Shown: positions 1 through 10,705 of the stretch, piece by piece
Layout of the letters: each line of letters begins with the position of its first letter
Numbering within the stretch: position 1 is the stretch's first letter
Origin: Candidatus Bathyarchaeota archaeon
GTDB lineage: Archaea; Thermoproteota; Bathyarchaeia; Bathyarchaeales; Bathycorpusculaceae
Reading direction: 5' to 3'
Assembly (NCBI GenBank): GCA_963733095.1
Contig: CAVTBV010000014.1
Span: forward strand, 64,001 to 128,000
Length of the DNA: 64,000 bases
Translations under genes and position numbers: made by a program
Notes under the pieces: model-generated
The model's input: the letters and a program-made list of their open reading frames with translations, nothing else
Told to the model about the DNA's origin: nothing
Database searches by the model: none

Positions 1-507
1 GCCTTTGTCTGGGGACAGTGCGTATGCGCCTTTGTGGGCTTTTTTGACGAAATATTCTGCTATGAGTGGGATGGCGCTTAGGGTTTTGGCCGGAAATGGA
101 AACTGCGCCAGAGTCGGTTCAGAGTGAATGTTAACGGTTAGGAACTGGTCGATTCCTGCAGCTTTAAGCATGCGCGCGATGGTTTCAACGCTTATGCCCT
201 CGCCTGAGAGGAACATTTTGTCTTGACGGGCATACGCCAAGTAGGGCACTACAGCGGTGACTTTCCTTGCGCCCGCACGCTTAGCCGAATCAGATAGGAA
301 TGCTAACTGGAAAAGCCTGCCATCTTGCATGGGTGGACACGTGGTTTGAACAATCGCAACGTCTTCGCCTTGAACATTGCCATCTAAACGCACATACGAT
401 TCTCCATCAGGAAAAACCTTTGAAACAACAGGAACATTTGGAAAACCAGTTTGTGCTGAAACTGCTTCAGCAAGCTCTTTTGACGCTGGACCAGAGATAA
501 TCTTCAT
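1..507 (-). CDS. prs: ribose-phosphate pyrophosphokinase (runs off window start)
   Basis: Not in ORF track. Reverse strand from ATG 507 reads MKIISGPASKELAEAVSAQTGFPNVPVVSKVFPDGESYVRL and later VPYLAYARQDK, both PRPP synthetase motifs. Confidence 0.92.
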   Translation of the reverse strand, partial: MKIISGPASKELAEAVSAQTGFPNVPVVSKVFPDGESYVRLDGNVQGEDVAIVQTTCPPMQDGRLFQLAFLSDSAKRAGARKVTAVVPYLAYARQDKMFLSGEGISVETIARMLKAAGIDQFLTVNIHSEPTLAQFPFPAKTLSAIPLIAEYFVKKAHKGAYALSPDKG

Positions 508-662
508 GTTATTTTTTTCCTCTCTTCTTAGAGATGCAGTTGCTTAGTTTTTAAGCATTTATCTATTCCTCAAGCGAGCGTTACTTTTACTTCAAAAAGT
601 CTACTATTGCATAACAGTTTTAAGTCCTACCACAATTTTTCATAAGAAAAGGATTGACCTGC

Positions 663-1448
663 ATGGATACTTGGCGTTTACTTCCATTAGAAACTAATAA
701 TGCGTTCATGAACATGGCGATTGACGAAGCAATCTTGAATGCGAGAATAGCCGGGCAGGCACCGAATACGTTGCGGTTTTATCGTTGGCAACCCTCCGCT
801 GTGAGCATTGGAAAGAACCAGAATCCTGAGAATGAACTTTACCTTGACGCTTGTAAACAGCAGGGCATTGATGTGGTTCGGCGAGTTAGCGGCGGCGGCA
901 CCGTTTACCATGATTTCGAAGGTGAGGTCACCTACAGCGTAACCGCCCAAACCGCAGTTTTCGGCACAGGCGACATAACGGCTGTTTACTTCAAGATTTA
1001 CGAGGCAATAACTGATGCGCTCCGTCTCTTGGGTGTTCCAGCCGATTTTAGCAGCGGAGACGCCAAAAACTGCCCAAACCTAACTGTTAAGGGCAAAAAA
1101 ATTTCGGGAAGCAGCCAAACCATTACCCGCGGTGTCGTTCTTCAACATGGCACAATACTGCGCAGTGTAGATTTACCCAAAATGTTTACGCTCCTAAAGC
1201 TCAAAGACGCATCCTGCACCCAAGCCGCCGACATCGCCAAACGCAAAATCACAAGCATCCAAAACGAATTAGGGCACCAAATCTCTCCCGAAACTATAGC
1301 TAACGCTCTTGCCCAAGGTTTCAAAGCAATCCTCAAAATTCAACTCGAACCAAACGAATTAACCCAGACTGAAAGAGAAACGGCAAACAAACTATACAAA
1401 CAAAAATACATAACAAAAGAATGGACTTTCAGCGGAAAAACCGCTTAA
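663..1448 (+). CDS. lplA: lipoate-protein ligase A family (BPL/LplA catalytic domain)
   Basis: NMAIDEA, RRVSGGGTVYHD and KKISGSSQ motifs; ATG 663 chosen over TTG 654. Confidence 0.88.
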   Translation: MDTWRLLPLETNNAFMNMAIDEAILNARIAGQAPNTLRFYRWQPSAVSIGKNQNPENELYLDACKQQGIDVVRRVSGGGTVYHDFEGEVTYSVTAQTAVFGTGDITAVYFKIYEAITDALRLLGVPADFSSGDAKNCPNLTVKGKKISGSSQTITRGVVLQHGTILRSVDLPKMFTLLKLKDASCTQAADIAKRKITSIQNELGHQISPETIANALAQGFKAILKIQLEPNELTQTERETANKLYKQKYITKEWTFSGKTA

Positions 1449-2863
1449 GCCTTATGCCAACGTACGCCCTGCGCGGTATCTTCAAGCACGATGCCCATGG
1501 CTTTGAGTTGGGCTCGGATTGCGTCTGCTTCTTTCCAGTTTTTGGCTTTTCGGGCTTCCTCACGCTTCTGTACTAAAGCGTCAATATCTGAGGGCAATGC
1601 TTCCTCGACTTCTACTTTGCCGATGACACCTAGGGCTTCGTCCATGCGCATCATTAAGCCGCCGACTTCTGCTGCTTCCTGTTTGCTGACCAAGTTGGCA
1701 TCGAGTAGACTGTTGATTTCTCGGACAAAATCAAACAGCGATGAAAGCGCTATGCCGATGTTTAAGTCGTCGTCCATGGAGCCGCCGAAACATGCTTCAA
1801 GCTTAGCGGTTAAGGTGGCGACTTTTCCTGTGGCTGTTGTACCCTCAACTTCATGCAAGCGGCGCACAAAGTTACGCAGTCTTTCAACTGCAGCTTTTGA
1901 GGCTTCCAATCCTTCGAAGGTGAAGTTGAATTGCTGCCGATAATGCGTCGACATCAACAGGTAACGGATGACGATTGTGTCATAGCCTTTGGCTAAGAGG
2001 TCGCGGAGCGTGTAAAAGTTGCCGAAGCGTTTCGACATTTTCTTGCCTTCAACTTGCAGGTGCTCGTTATGCATCCAGTAGTTGACGAATTTCTTGCCTG
2101 TCGCAGCTTCAGATTGGGCAATTTCGTTTTCATGGTGGGGGAACATGTTGTCGACGCCTCCACAGTGGATATCGAAGGTTTCGCCAAGATATTTCATGCT
2201 CATGGCGGAGCATTCGATGTGCCAGCCGGGGCGTCCCTTGCCCAACTCTGTCTCCCAATAAACATCGCCGTCTTCGGGAGTCCATGCTTTCCAGAGGGCG
2301 AAGTCTTGGGCTTCTTCTTTGGCGTATTCGTCTTGGCTGACGCGTGCGCCAGCTTTGAGTTCGCCGACTTTGATGTGGGACAGTTTACCGTAGTCTGGGA
2401 ACTTGCAGACGGAGAAGTAGATGGAGCCGTCTTCACCTTTGTAAGCGATGCCTTTAGTGATTAATGTCTTGATTAGCGCGACCATTTCTGGGATGTGGTC
2501 GGTAGCTTTGGGGTACACTTCTGCGGGTTCTATGTTTAGAGCTTTGATATCCTCAAAGAATGCTTTCACATAGAAATCTGTGAACTGACGAAGCGGCACA
2601 CCCTCATTTTGGCTGCCCTTAATCGTTTTATCATCAATATCTGTCAAGTTCATTACATGGGTAACTTTAAAGCCCCGCTGCACCAGCCAACGCTTAAGCA
2701 AATCCTCAAACAGAAAAGCCCGAAAATTCCCAATATGTGCAAAATCATAAACTGTGGGACCGCAAGTGTACATTTTCACATTATCCGCTTCTAACGGATT
2801 AAAAACCTCTTTTTTACGTGTTAAGGTGTTAAAAAAACAGATTCTCGACTGCGTGGATGTCAC
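1445..2863 (-). CDS. cysS: cysteine--tRNA ligase
   Basis: [23 protein letters not shown] and KMSK motifs. Confidence 0.97.
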   Translation of the reverse strand: MTSTQSRICFFNTLTRKKEVFNPLEADNVKMYTCGPTVYDFAHIGNFRAFLFEDLLKRWLVQRGFKVTHVMNLTDIDDKTIKGSQNEGVPLRQFTDFYVKAFFEDIKALNIEPAEVYPKATDHIPEMVALIKTLITKGIAYKGEDGSIYFSVCKFPDYGKLSHIKVGELKAGARVSQDEYAKEEAQDFALWKAWTPEDGDVYWETELGKGRPGWHIECSAMSMKYLGETFDIHCGGVDNMFPHHENEIAQSEAATGKKFVNYWMHNEHLQVEGKKMSKRFGNFYTLRDLLAKGYDTIVIRYLLMSTHYRQQFNFTFEGLEASKAAVERLRNFVRRLHEVEGTTATGKVATLTAKLEACFGGSMDDDLNIGIALSSLFDFVREINSLLDANLVSKQEAAEVGGLMMRMDEALGVIGKVEVEEALPSDIDALVQKREEARKAKNWKEADAIRAQLKAMGIVLEDTAQGVRWHKA

Positions 2864-3151
2864 TTTCTCAGCTCGAACAAAATACGGAGCCGAAATTATT
2901 TAAGCATTCCAGTGGGTGCGGGGGCACGCGTGCGTGGGAGAGAGTAAGAGTACGAGCGTGCGTTTGTGAGTTCAGGGAGAGAGAGAGAGAAAGATTTGGA
3001 TCCTATTAGGAACTCATTGCAGAAACTTATAGGGGGTAGGCAAGTTCTCTAAAGGGGGCAGACCAGCATTAGTTGAAAACAAGCGTATTAGGATGTTTAA
3101 ATTCAGAATTATCAGTTTGGCGCTTCAAGTAGAAAAGGTGTGTTGTGGGTT

Positions 3152-4447
3152 TTAGCTTTGCAATAGTTCTCCTTTAAGGTATGTTGCTGAAGCCTCGACA
3201 ACTTTGACTTTCAGAGTTTTGCCCAGCAAGCTAATCGTACTTTTCAATACGATAGGTTTGTAGGCAAAGTTGCGTCCCACCCACGAACCATCCACTTTGC
3301 CCTTCTCATCAACCAGCACTTCACCACTCCAGCCGACCCAACGCAGATTCCGCTCAGCCGAAAGCCGCTTCACCAACTCCGACGCAACGGTGCTTCTGCG
3401 TTTAGTTTCTTCTTTATCCACCAACCCGTCATTTATTTTGGCAGCCACAGTTTTGGGTCGAGCAAAAAACTTGGAAACATTAACCACATCAGGCTTAATT
3501 ATCTCCAAAAGCCTAAGCGTATTATCAAAAGCCTCTTCGGTTTCGCCTGGAAAACCAACGATTACATCTGTTGCTAACGTTAGTTGGACGAATTCGTTTC
3601 TGAAAGCGTTCACTATTCCCTTAAACTCTTCAGCAGTATAGAATCTGCGCATGTGCTGGAGCACTGTGTCATCGCCGCTTTGGACAGGCAAATGTAAAAA
3701 CTTGAAAATTTTAGGGTTATCAAACGCTGTTATGAGTCGGGTTTGCATTTCGGTAACCAAGTTGGGGGTCATCATGCCTACTCTGACGTGGAAATCCCCC
3801 GTTAAACCTCCCAGCGCCGTCAGTAGCTCTGCAATGTCTTTTCCCAAATCTCGTCCATAAGCGGCGGTGTCCTGCGAGGTAATCCAGAACTCTTTGAAAC
3901 CAGCATTATAATCGCTTTGCACTCGCTCGGTTACTTCTTTGATGCTGTAGCTTCGTAGGTGTCCGCGGGCGAAAACGACGCAGCAGTAAGAACAGGAGCC
4001 TAAACACCCAAAATTTATCGGCACAATGCTTACCACTGGATTCGAATCCTGTCTTGGCAGGTTCAGTAGCGGCTTCTCTTTGACCGGAGCCAACTCAATT
4101 ACGTTCTCGCCAGCTAGAACGCGGTTTGCCACATTGACGATTTCTTTTCCGACTGCGGGACCAACAGCTCCGTCAAAGTGAGCTTCGAGGCATAGGCGTT
4201 CAAAACTAATTTTGGGTAGGCAGCCTGCGATTATGATTTTTTTGTTTTGTGGGGCTTGTTTTAGGGCTGCTATTATGCGGTTTTCTGTGGGTCCTTTGAC
4301 TGCGCAGGTGTTGTAGATGAGTAGGTCTGCTTCGGGTTCTGATTTTGCTATTTGGTATCCAGCCTTGGCTAGGCAACCTGCTAAGACCTCGCCGTCTGCT
4401 ATGTTGGAGGAGCAGCCGAAGTTTTTTATGAAAACCCGCATGACCAT
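3152..4447 (-). CDS. radical-SAM tRNA methylthiotransferase (archaeal MtaB/CDKAL1-like) with TRAM domain
   Basis: UPF0004 N-terminus (FGCSSN, NTCAVK), CxxxCxxC (CLGSCSYC), IVGFPGET; likely start 4447 or 4441. Confidence 0.88.
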   Translation of the reverse strand: MVMRVFIKNFGCSSNIADGEVLAGCLAKAGYQIAKSEPEADLLIYNTCAVKGPTENRIIAALKQAPQNKKIIIAGCLPKISFERLCLEAHFDGAVGPAVGKEIVNVANRVLAGENVIELAPVKEKPLLNLPRQDSNPVVSIVPINFGCLGSCSYCCVVFARGHLRSYSIKEVTERVQSDYNAGFKEFWITSQDTAAYGRDLGKDIAELLTALGGLTGDFHVRVGMMTPNLVTEMQTRLITAFDNPKIFKFLHLPVQSGDDTVLQHMRRFYTAEEFKGIVNAFRNEFVQLTLATDVIVGFPGETEEAFDNTLRLLEIIKPDVVNVSKFFARPKTVAAKINDGLVDKEETKRRSTVASELVKRLSAERNLRWVGWSGEVLVDEKGKVDGSWVGRNFAYKPIVLKSTISLLGKTLKVKVVEASATYLKGELLQS

Positions 4448-4656
4448 GTTATATCGTTCGTTAGTTGCTTCAACAAGGAATAAAAACGTAATCCTTTGTG
4501 TGTCTGAATTGACACTTACTTGCTTCAACCATGATTCTCTATTTATAAAGGGGTGGAACGAACATGTTTAGAGCATATTTGCCACATAATATATAGAAGT
4601 ATAACCAAGAATACATGCTTTAGTTATCTGCCCACCAGTTACGGGAGAAAATCCTG

Positions 4657-4812
4657 ATGAAACTAATCACTCTGTATCTGCCTGAAACGTATATAAAAGC
4701 TTTGGACCAGTTGGTAGACGAAAGATTCTATCCAAACCGAGCCGAAGCCATCCGAGTAGCAATTCGAGATTTAATCAGTGCTGAAGTTTGGAGGCGAAAA
4801 GGCATTGACTAA
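4657..4812 (+). CDS. ribbon-helix-helix transcription factor, CdrS-like (51 aa)
   Basis: Below ORF-track cutoff. MKLITLYLPETYIKALDQLVDERFYPNRAEAIRVAIRDLISAEVWRRKGID*; alternating beta strand plus PNRxEAIRxA(I/V)RD helix. Confidence 0.85.
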   Translation: MKLITLYLPETYIKALDQLVDERFYPNRAEAIRVAIRDLISAEVWRRKGID

Positions 4813-5092
4813 AAACCTGCACGAAGACGCTCTAAAATCCCACTTAACAGCCCTTGACCCAAAGATTGAAGTTGTTCCAAGCCTAATGACCAACAACCTG
4901 GCTATTGGCGCATCCAATCTCATATCCAAACCTAAAAACAAAATGAAAACAAGGATGGTTAAAGCTAAAGTGACAACTAAAAAAAGCCGCTTAGAAAAAG
5001 CCACCAGCCACCTCTACGACTTAGAAGACAGCTGCGGACCCGAAAAAACGTTGAACATCGATTTCGGGCTCTACCAAATGGAAGACTACTAA
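4805..5092 (+). CDS. hypothetical protein, possible relic of ftsZ
   Basis: TTG 4805 overlaps the RHH stop; basic linker, then acidic/hydrophobic tail LYDLEDSCGPEKTLNIDFGLYQMEDY. Confidence 0.5.
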   Translation: MTKNLHEDALKSHLTALDPKIEVVPSLMTNNLAIGASNLISKPKNKMKTRMVKAKVTTKKSRLEKATSHLYDLEDSCGPEKTLNIDFGLYQMEDY

Positions 5093-5175
5093 GCCTTCCT
5101 TTCCAAATTTTTGATTTAAGTTTTTAGTGTCTTGTTGGAAAAAGCTATTATTCCCAAAGAACCGATTTCTTCTAC

Positions 5176-5886
5176 ATGAATAGTATCTTGGCTCAAATCA
5201 GAGTAGACCTTAAAGCTGCAGTAGATGAAAAGACTCAAAAAAGCTTTCGGCGTTTCTTCAAAGAACAAGTAAAATACTACGGCGTCAAGACTGAGACCGT
5301 GGGCAAAATCGCTAAAAAACACTGGAGTCAAGTTAAGACTTTAGATAAGCAATCTATTTTTAAGCTTTGTGAAGAGCTTTTTTGTTCCGATTACACAGAA
5401 GAAGCCTTCATTGTTTCCTTCTGGTTACCCAACTACATCCAGCAACTTGAACCGGGCGATTTGAGAGCCTTCAAGGGATGGATTGAATGCTACATTAACA
5501 ATTGGGCTAAATGCGACGGCTTCTGCAACCACACCATCGGCGACCTAATCCAAAAGCACCCAGAAGCAATAAGCGAAGTGAAGAGTTGGGCTAAAAGTGA
5601 GAACCGCTGGCTTAAACGTGCTTCGGCTGTATCTTTGATAGTTCCTGCCAAAAAAGGCTTGTTTCTGCAGGATGCTTTCGAAATCTGCGATATACTCTTG
5701 GTAGATGGGGATGATATGGTGCAGAAGGGTTATGGGTGGTTGCTTAAAGAGGAAAGCCGAAAACACCAAAAAGAAGTTTTCGACTATGTCATTAAGAACC
5801 GCAAGGTCATGCCGCGAACTGCATTGCGGTATGCTATAGAGTTGATGCCAAAAGAATTCAAAGATGAAGCCATGAAAAAAGATTAG
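5176..5886 (+). CDS. DNA alkylation repair protein (AlkD-like HEAT-repeat glycosylase)
   Basis: YGV, NNWAKCD, WAKSENRWLKR, DMVQKGYGWLLKE and RTALRYAIE motifs. Confidence 0.88.
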   Translation: MNSILAQIRVDLKAAVDEKTQKSFRRFFKEQVKYYGVKTETVGKIAKKHWSQVKTLDKQSIFKLCEELFCSDYTEEAFIVSFWLPNYIQQLEPGDLRAFKGWIECYINNWAKCDGFCNHTIGDLIQKHPEAISEVKSWAKSENRWLKRASAVSLIVPAKKGLFLQDAFEICDILLVDGDDMVQKGYGWLLKEESRKHQKEVFDYVIKNRKVMPRTALRYAIELMPKEFKDEAMKKD

Positions 5887-5923
5887 ACATTTTGAAATAG
5901 AATTTATGTCTATTTCTACTCTT

Positions 5924-6949
5924 TTATTGTTTCTTAGCCTTTTTTATAGTAGCTGCATGGCCAACTCTTAGTTTTTCGATATCTGCTCTCTGGGGTGGCT
6001 CAACTGTTATGGTTTTGTTTAGTGTTTCCTGTCCAAATTTAACGGTGACTTTTCCAGATCTAGCATCCGAATAAGAAGCGGTTAATTTAGCAGCCGTTTC
6101 AATCGCAACCTTAGTTTTAGGTCCTTGCAAAAGGGTTGTTGGTCCAACGATGTCTGAGAGTTCAAGAAGATAATCGCTTTTTATTTTGTTAGCTAATAAA
6201 AACTTGTTTTCTGCCTCGTTTCTACCAACTATTATTTTGTTTTTGCCAAGCCTAAAGTGCCTGCCTACCCGCAGCAAGGCTACATCTGCCATGGATATGC
6301 GTTTCTTGTTTTCGAAGAGGTCCAGCAGTTTTTTTGAATATTCCTCACATGTGAGTAGGCAGCCGCCTGCTGGTGAGGGAAAAACGGTAATTCCGTATTC
6401 TTTTGCGAGCTTAAACTGAGGCTTGCGCGACCTACCCTGAATGCTGAGCAGCTTGTTTCGGTCAACGAACCCTTTTTTTTCTGCAACCGTTTCAGGTAGC
6501 AACTTCGCTGATAGCGGCCTCAAAAGTTTTCCTTTTAACCCTGATTCTTCAGCAATAGTCTTCAAGGCTGGTCCATGCTGAGACATGGGTCGTTCACCCA
6601 AAACTTCGCCTGTAAAGATAAAGTCTGCGCCGATTTCTTTGGCGTATTTTTTTGCTTTTTTTAAGATGAAAATTTTGCAGTCGACACAGGGGTTTAGGTT
6701 TTTGCCATAACCGTGCTTTGGTTTTCGTAACATACGCAAATAATCTTGTTCAACACATAGCATTTTTAGCGGCACTTTAAGTTGCTCTGCGGCTTGAGTG
6801 GCTTCACTTGACCCATCTTTTTTAGGGATGCCGAAGGGAGTTTTTACGTTGAAAGTTATCACTTCGATGCCTTGCCGTCGAATGAGTTCTGTGGCAAGAA
6901 TGCTGTCTAAGCCGCCTGAAAGCAAACTTATGGCTTTAACACGGGTCAT
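5924..6949 (-). CDS. ThiI/MnmA-like PP-loop tRNA thiolation enzyme (DUF814-associated type)
   Basis: SGGLDS PP-loop, NPCVDCK, TGEVLGERPMSQ, PAGGCLLT, GRHFRL; start reassigned to ATG 6949. Confidence 0.8.
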   Translation of the reverse strand: MTRVKAISLLSGGLDSILATELIRRQGIEVITFNVKTPFGIPKKDGSSEATQAAEQLKVPLKMLCVEQDYLRMLRKPKHGYGKNLNPCVDCKIFILKKAKKYAKEIGADFIFTGEVLGERPMSQHGPALKTIAEESGLKGKLLRPLSAKLLPETVAEKKGFVDRNKLLSIQGRSRKPQFKLAKEYGITVFPSPAGGCLLTCEEYSKKLLDLFENKKRISMADVALLRVGRHFRLGKNKIIVGRNEAENKFLLANKIKSDYLLELSDIVGPTTLLQGPKTKVAIETAAKLTASYSDARSGKVTVKFGQETLNKTITVEPPQRADIEKLRVGHAATIKKAKKQ

Positions 6950-7248
6950 AACGCTGCTATATTTCAGCAAGGCAAAATAATAATGTACCGATGCAAAGAA
7001 AGAAAAATAGCTGAAAATTGTAAGAGGCGATACACCAATATGTGGCACAAAAAAAGTTGCCAATAACATTGAGCAAAAAATAAAAATAACAGAAATTTGC
7101 AAAAGAATACCAGATGTGCAGCTAATTTTTTGTTAAGATCGTTTCGCTACTTAGTGAAGGCAAGTTGGCAAAAACAAATAAAAGCCATAAAACCTAAGGC
7201 TGAAACCAGCAAACAAACAAGCACTTTTGGAGGAGAGAGCAGACAAGA

Positions 7249-8571
7249 ATGATTGTTGAAAATGCCCAGCCGCTGATAAGTTACGAATCATACTTATCAA
7301 AAAACATTCAAAATTTTGTCAGCCTAAGTGAGTGGACAGATTACCAATGGCAACTGAGCAACTCAATAAAAACGATAGAGGATTTTGAAAACTTCACAGG
7401 CATTAAATTCACCCGAAAAGAACGCACAGAACTTAAAAAAACCATCCGTAAATTTCCCCTCAGTATCACACCCTACTATGCTTCCCTAATAGGCATAGAA
7501 AACTATCAAAACGACCCTATATTCAAGCAGGCGTTTCCTAACCCTGCTGAACTTGAAATTTTAAAGTGCGACATGAAAGACCCTCTCCATGAAGATCAAG
7601 ACAGCCCAACAAAGGGTTTAACACATAGATACCCTGACAGAGTGCTCTTTTTAATTAGCAATCGTTGTGCCATGTACTGCAGGCATTGTACACGAAAAAG
7701 AAAAGTCGGAGACCCAGACCATATTCCCTCACGCCAACAAATAATCGAAGGTCTCCAATACATCAAAAACCACAGAGAAATCCGCGATGTGCTCCTCTCA
7801 GGTGGAGACGCCCTCATGCTGCCTAACGATTTTTTGGATTGGATTCTGACAGAGTTAAACAGTATTCCACACGTTGAAGTGGTGCGCATCGGTTCACGAA
7901 CACCAGTTGTGTTGCCCTACAGAATAACTGATGAATTGGTGGAAATGCTCAAAAAACACCACCCACTATGGCTTAATACTCATTTTAATCATCCAAGAGA
8001 ACTTACTCCTTCGGCTAGAGAAGCGCTCAGAAAACTGGCAGATGCCGGCATCCCCCTTGGAAATCAATCTGTCCTGCTTGCAGGCGTAAATGATTGTCCA
8101 CAAATCATGAAAAAACTAAACCAAAAACTTGTACGAAACAGAGTTCGTCCCTACTACCTGTTCCAATGCGATCTCTCAGAAGGCTTGAGCCACTTTAGGA
8201 CGTCGATTGGAAAAGGCATCGAAATTATAGAAAGCCTCCGAGGCCACACAAGCGGATTTGCAGTGCCCACCTTTGTAGTAGACGCTCCTGGTGGCGGAGG
8301 AAAAATTCCTATTCAGCCAAACTACGTTATTTCCTGGTCCACACACAAAACTGTAATGCGAAACTTTGAAGGCGTAATCACCACCTATACCGAACCAGAC
8401 AACTACAAACCTGTTAAATGCGGCAAAGACTGCAAAAACTGCATTCTGAAACTAAAACTAGATGATAACGAAAAAACCGCCGTTGGAATAGAAAAACTGC
8501 TAACCGATGCAAATGACGTGATTTCTCTTGTGCCCAAAGGCAATGCACGAATTGAGCGGAGAAAAAAATAG
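7249..8571 (+). CDS. kamA: lysine 2,3-aminomutase (KamA/AblA)
   Basis: [24 protein letters not shown] and [10 protein letters not shown] (PLP lysine); C-terminal CxxxCxxC zinc site. Confidence 0.93.
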   Translation: MIVENAQPLISYESYLSKNIQNFVSLSEWTDYQWQLSNSIKTIEDFENFTGIKFTRKERTELKKTIRKFPLSITPYYASLIGIENYQNDPIFKQAFPNPAELEILKCDMKDPLHEDQDSPTKGLTHRYPDRVLFLISNRCAMYCRHCTRKRKVGDPDHIPSRQQIIEGLQYIKNHREIRDVLLSGGDALMLPNDFLDWILTELNSIPHVEVVRIGSRTPVVLPYRITDELVEMLKKHHPLWLNTHFNHPRELTPSAREALRKLADAGIPLGNQSVLLAGVNDCPQIMKKLNQKLVRNRVRPYYLFQCDLSEGLSHFRTSIGKGIEIIESLRGHTSGFAVPTFVVDAPGGGGKIPIQPNYVISWSTHKTVMRNFEGVITTYTEPDNYKPVKCGKDCKNCILKLKLDDNEKTAVGIEKLLTDANDVISLVPKGNARIERRKK

Positions 8572-9110
8572 GTATTGAAGGCGCCTTAAAAATCAAAGCA
8601 GACTCTAAAAACCTAAAAATAAAACTCAGAAACGCGACTTTAAAGGACATAAAAGAAGTCTACAAACTTCTAGTTGCAAACAGACCATACGTAGGATTAA
8701 ACTCTAGATACACCTATTTTCTTTTGGCTAAGGATTTCTCAGAAACCTGTATAGTTGCTAAATACAACGGTAAAGTAGTTGCGTTCTCTTCTGGATACAT
8801 ACCACCCAATAGACCTGACACTTTTTTTAGTTGGGAAATCGTCGTTCACGAAGACTTTCGTGGAAAAGGTTTGCAATTGCGGATGCTTCTTCACCAAATA
8901 AAGATGACAAAAATAAAATTTTTTGAAGGCACAGTTAATCCCTCAAATAAAATTTCCAGGAACAATTTTGTCAAGTTGAGCCAAGCGTTGAATTCGAAAT
9001 TTGAGGAAAGCGTCTTGTTTAGTGAGGAGGATTTTGAAAATGATGGGCACGAAGCTGAGGTCTTATTTAGGATTGGTCCGATCGAGAACGTAAAAGACCA
9101 ACTTGATTAA
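8568..9110 (+). CDS. GNAT acetyltransferase, EctA (diaminobutyrate acetyltransferase)-like
   Basis: [56 protein letters not shown]. Frame is open upstream of TTG 8724 back to TGA 8553; putative ATA start at 8568. Confidence 0.78.
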   Translation: MGIEGALKIKADSKNLKIKLRNATLKDIKEVYKLLVANRPYVGLNSRYTYFLLAKDFSETCIVAKYNGKVVAFSSGYIPPNRPDTFFSWEIVVHEDFRGKGLQLRMLLHQIKMTKIKFFEGTVNPSNKISRNNFVKLSQALNSKFEESVLFSEEDFENDGHEAEVLFRIGPIENVKDQLD

Positions 9111-9246
9111 TGAGCTTAGTCGGTGAATTGGAACAATTTTCTATTTTATCCGTATCTTCCGTCGCTTACTCTCTGGATTGTAGAATAATTTAAAAACCTA
9201 GATGCGAATAGTCAATTGAATTTATGCTCCTGATTGAGGATTAATT

Positions 9247-10356
9247 GTGGACGTCAGCATCTTCATCCCTGTTTACAAAGAATCCACTCAACTAGCTGGC
9301 ATGCTGAAAGAACTTAACTCGCAGAACGTCTTGAAAGAAATTTTTGTTACAGTGGACGAGCCAACAGAGGAATTTTCCGAAGAAATAAAACATATTCCTA
9401 AAGCGAACGTTCAATTCATCGTTAACAAAGAACGCATCGGAAAAGCTAACGTATGTAACAACACCGTCAAACTCTCCACAGGCAAAGTGTTGCTTTTCCT
9501 CGACTCAGACGTTGCGCTCCCAAACGACCCAGAATACCTCAGAAAAATCATCATGGAAATGCAACATACCGATATACTCGACATAAAAAAAATAGTCACC
9601 AAAGGCAAATCTTTCCTATCAAAGATGGCGTATTACGAATACTTAACTTTCAATGCTAGTTCTTGGATATCTTCAAGGTACCTGCATAAGTGCCCTGCAG
9701 TAAATGGTGCTGCCTTCGCGATTAAAAGGGAAATGTTCGAGAAAGTCAACGGTTTTCGAAAAGTTGTCGCCGAAGACATAGACCTTGCTACCCGCGCTTT
9801 CTTGGCCGATAGCAGTTTCGCCTATACAACGGACGTTGAAGTAAAAAACGAAGTTCATGCGGATTGGCACAAATGGCTTACGCAGCGCAGGCGATGGTCC
9901 ATTGGACAAGCCTTGTGGCTAAAAGACTGGTATAAACAGTTAGGTAAACGCTTCGTCAAAAAGCCCCAGGTTTTCTTACCCAGCCTTTTCTTCCTCTACC
10001 CTTCAGTGGTAGTCTTCGTTTTAAGTGCTGTAGTCCCCAGCTTGTGGATGTACAATTCACTGTTGGTTGTTTCGCTGTTTTTGTCAGTGAAATTCAACAT
10101 TGCCCTGCCGCTTTTACTTATGTCGTTGGGAACTGCAGACGTGATTAAGGTTATGCTCATTTCCATTTCCGGTTTCGCGTTTACCGCCGCGGTTTTCTAT
10201 GGTTTTGCAAGAAAACTCGGGTTTAAACAAGTAAAACTCCATGAATTATTCGTCTACTACTTCTTCTACTCCACCATCTGGATGGTACTGATAATCATTG
10301 GCCACATCCAAGTTTTTGCTTTAGGCAAAAAAGCTGGACCAGGCTGGAAAACTTAA
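9247..10356 (+). CDS. family 2 glycosyltransferase with C-terminal TM helices
   Basis: IPVYKE, FLDSD, AEDID and QRRRW motifs. Confidence 0.88.
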   Translation: MDVSIFIPVYKESTQLAGMLKELNSQNVLKEIFVTVDEPTEEFSEEIKHIPKANVQFIVNKERIGKANVCNNTVKLSTGKVLLFLDSDVALPNDPEYLRKIIMEMQHTDILDIKKIVTKGKSFLSKMAYYEYLTFNASSWISSRYLHKCPAVNGAAFAIKREMFEKVNGFRKVVAEDIDLATRAFLADSSFAYTTDVEVKNEVHADWHKWLTQRRRWSIGQALWLKDWYKQLGKRFVKKPQVFLPSLFFLYPSVVVFVLSAVVPSLWMYNSLLVVSLFLSVKFNIALPLLLMSLGTADVIKVMLISISGFAFTAAVFYGFARKLGFKQVKLHELFVYYFFYSTIWMVLIIIGHIQVFALGKKAGPGWKT

Positions 10357-10603
10357 ATCTGTTCTTTTGGGTCTTATATTAAATCTAGGTAGTTGTGGCT
10401 GGATAACTCCTATAGCATAACAACAATCAACAGGTCGTTTCACATATTGCGTTTTGTTGTCTGCGTTAGGTATGGGTTGAAGGCCTGTTACGCAAGCAAC
10501 CATAAGTAGACAGAATAAAAAGTTCATGATTAAGCAGATACCTTTTGCCATTAGCGATAGGTAAAATTATATGTAAAGGTGTTTTCATTACAGTGCTCTA
10601 TGT

Positions 10604-10705
10604 GGGTCCGTGACGCAGTACGGATAGCGTGTCAGCCTTCTAACGCCCCGTTAAGGGTGTGAAGACAGCTGAAAGTCATGGGTTCAAATCCCATCGGACC
10701 CGCCA
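10604..10705 (+). tRNA. tRNA-Arg(TCT) with 24-nt canonical intron (10643-10666), CCA encoded
   Basis: Acceptor GGGTCCG/CGGACCC; anticodon stem TCAGC/GCTGA; anticodon TCT 10639-10641; T-loop GGTTCAAATCC; BHB motif with CTTC/GAAG helix and TAA and ACA bulges. Confidence 0.95.

Noticed and set aside
300-500. 66-aa + strand ORF and the many other short antisense ORFs in the track
   Set aside because: Shadows of well-supported genes on the opposite strand or frame (here prs).
2912-3060. GCACGCGTGC palindrome, (GA)n run at ~2975-2993 and G-runs upstream of cysS
   Set aside because: Low-complexity sequence with no recognisable RNA fold, terminal repeats or second copy in the window.
6950-7102. Hydrophobic N-terminal extension of the ThiI-like ORF
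   Set aside because: Translation of AT-rich promoter DNA; family similarity starts at ATG 6949.
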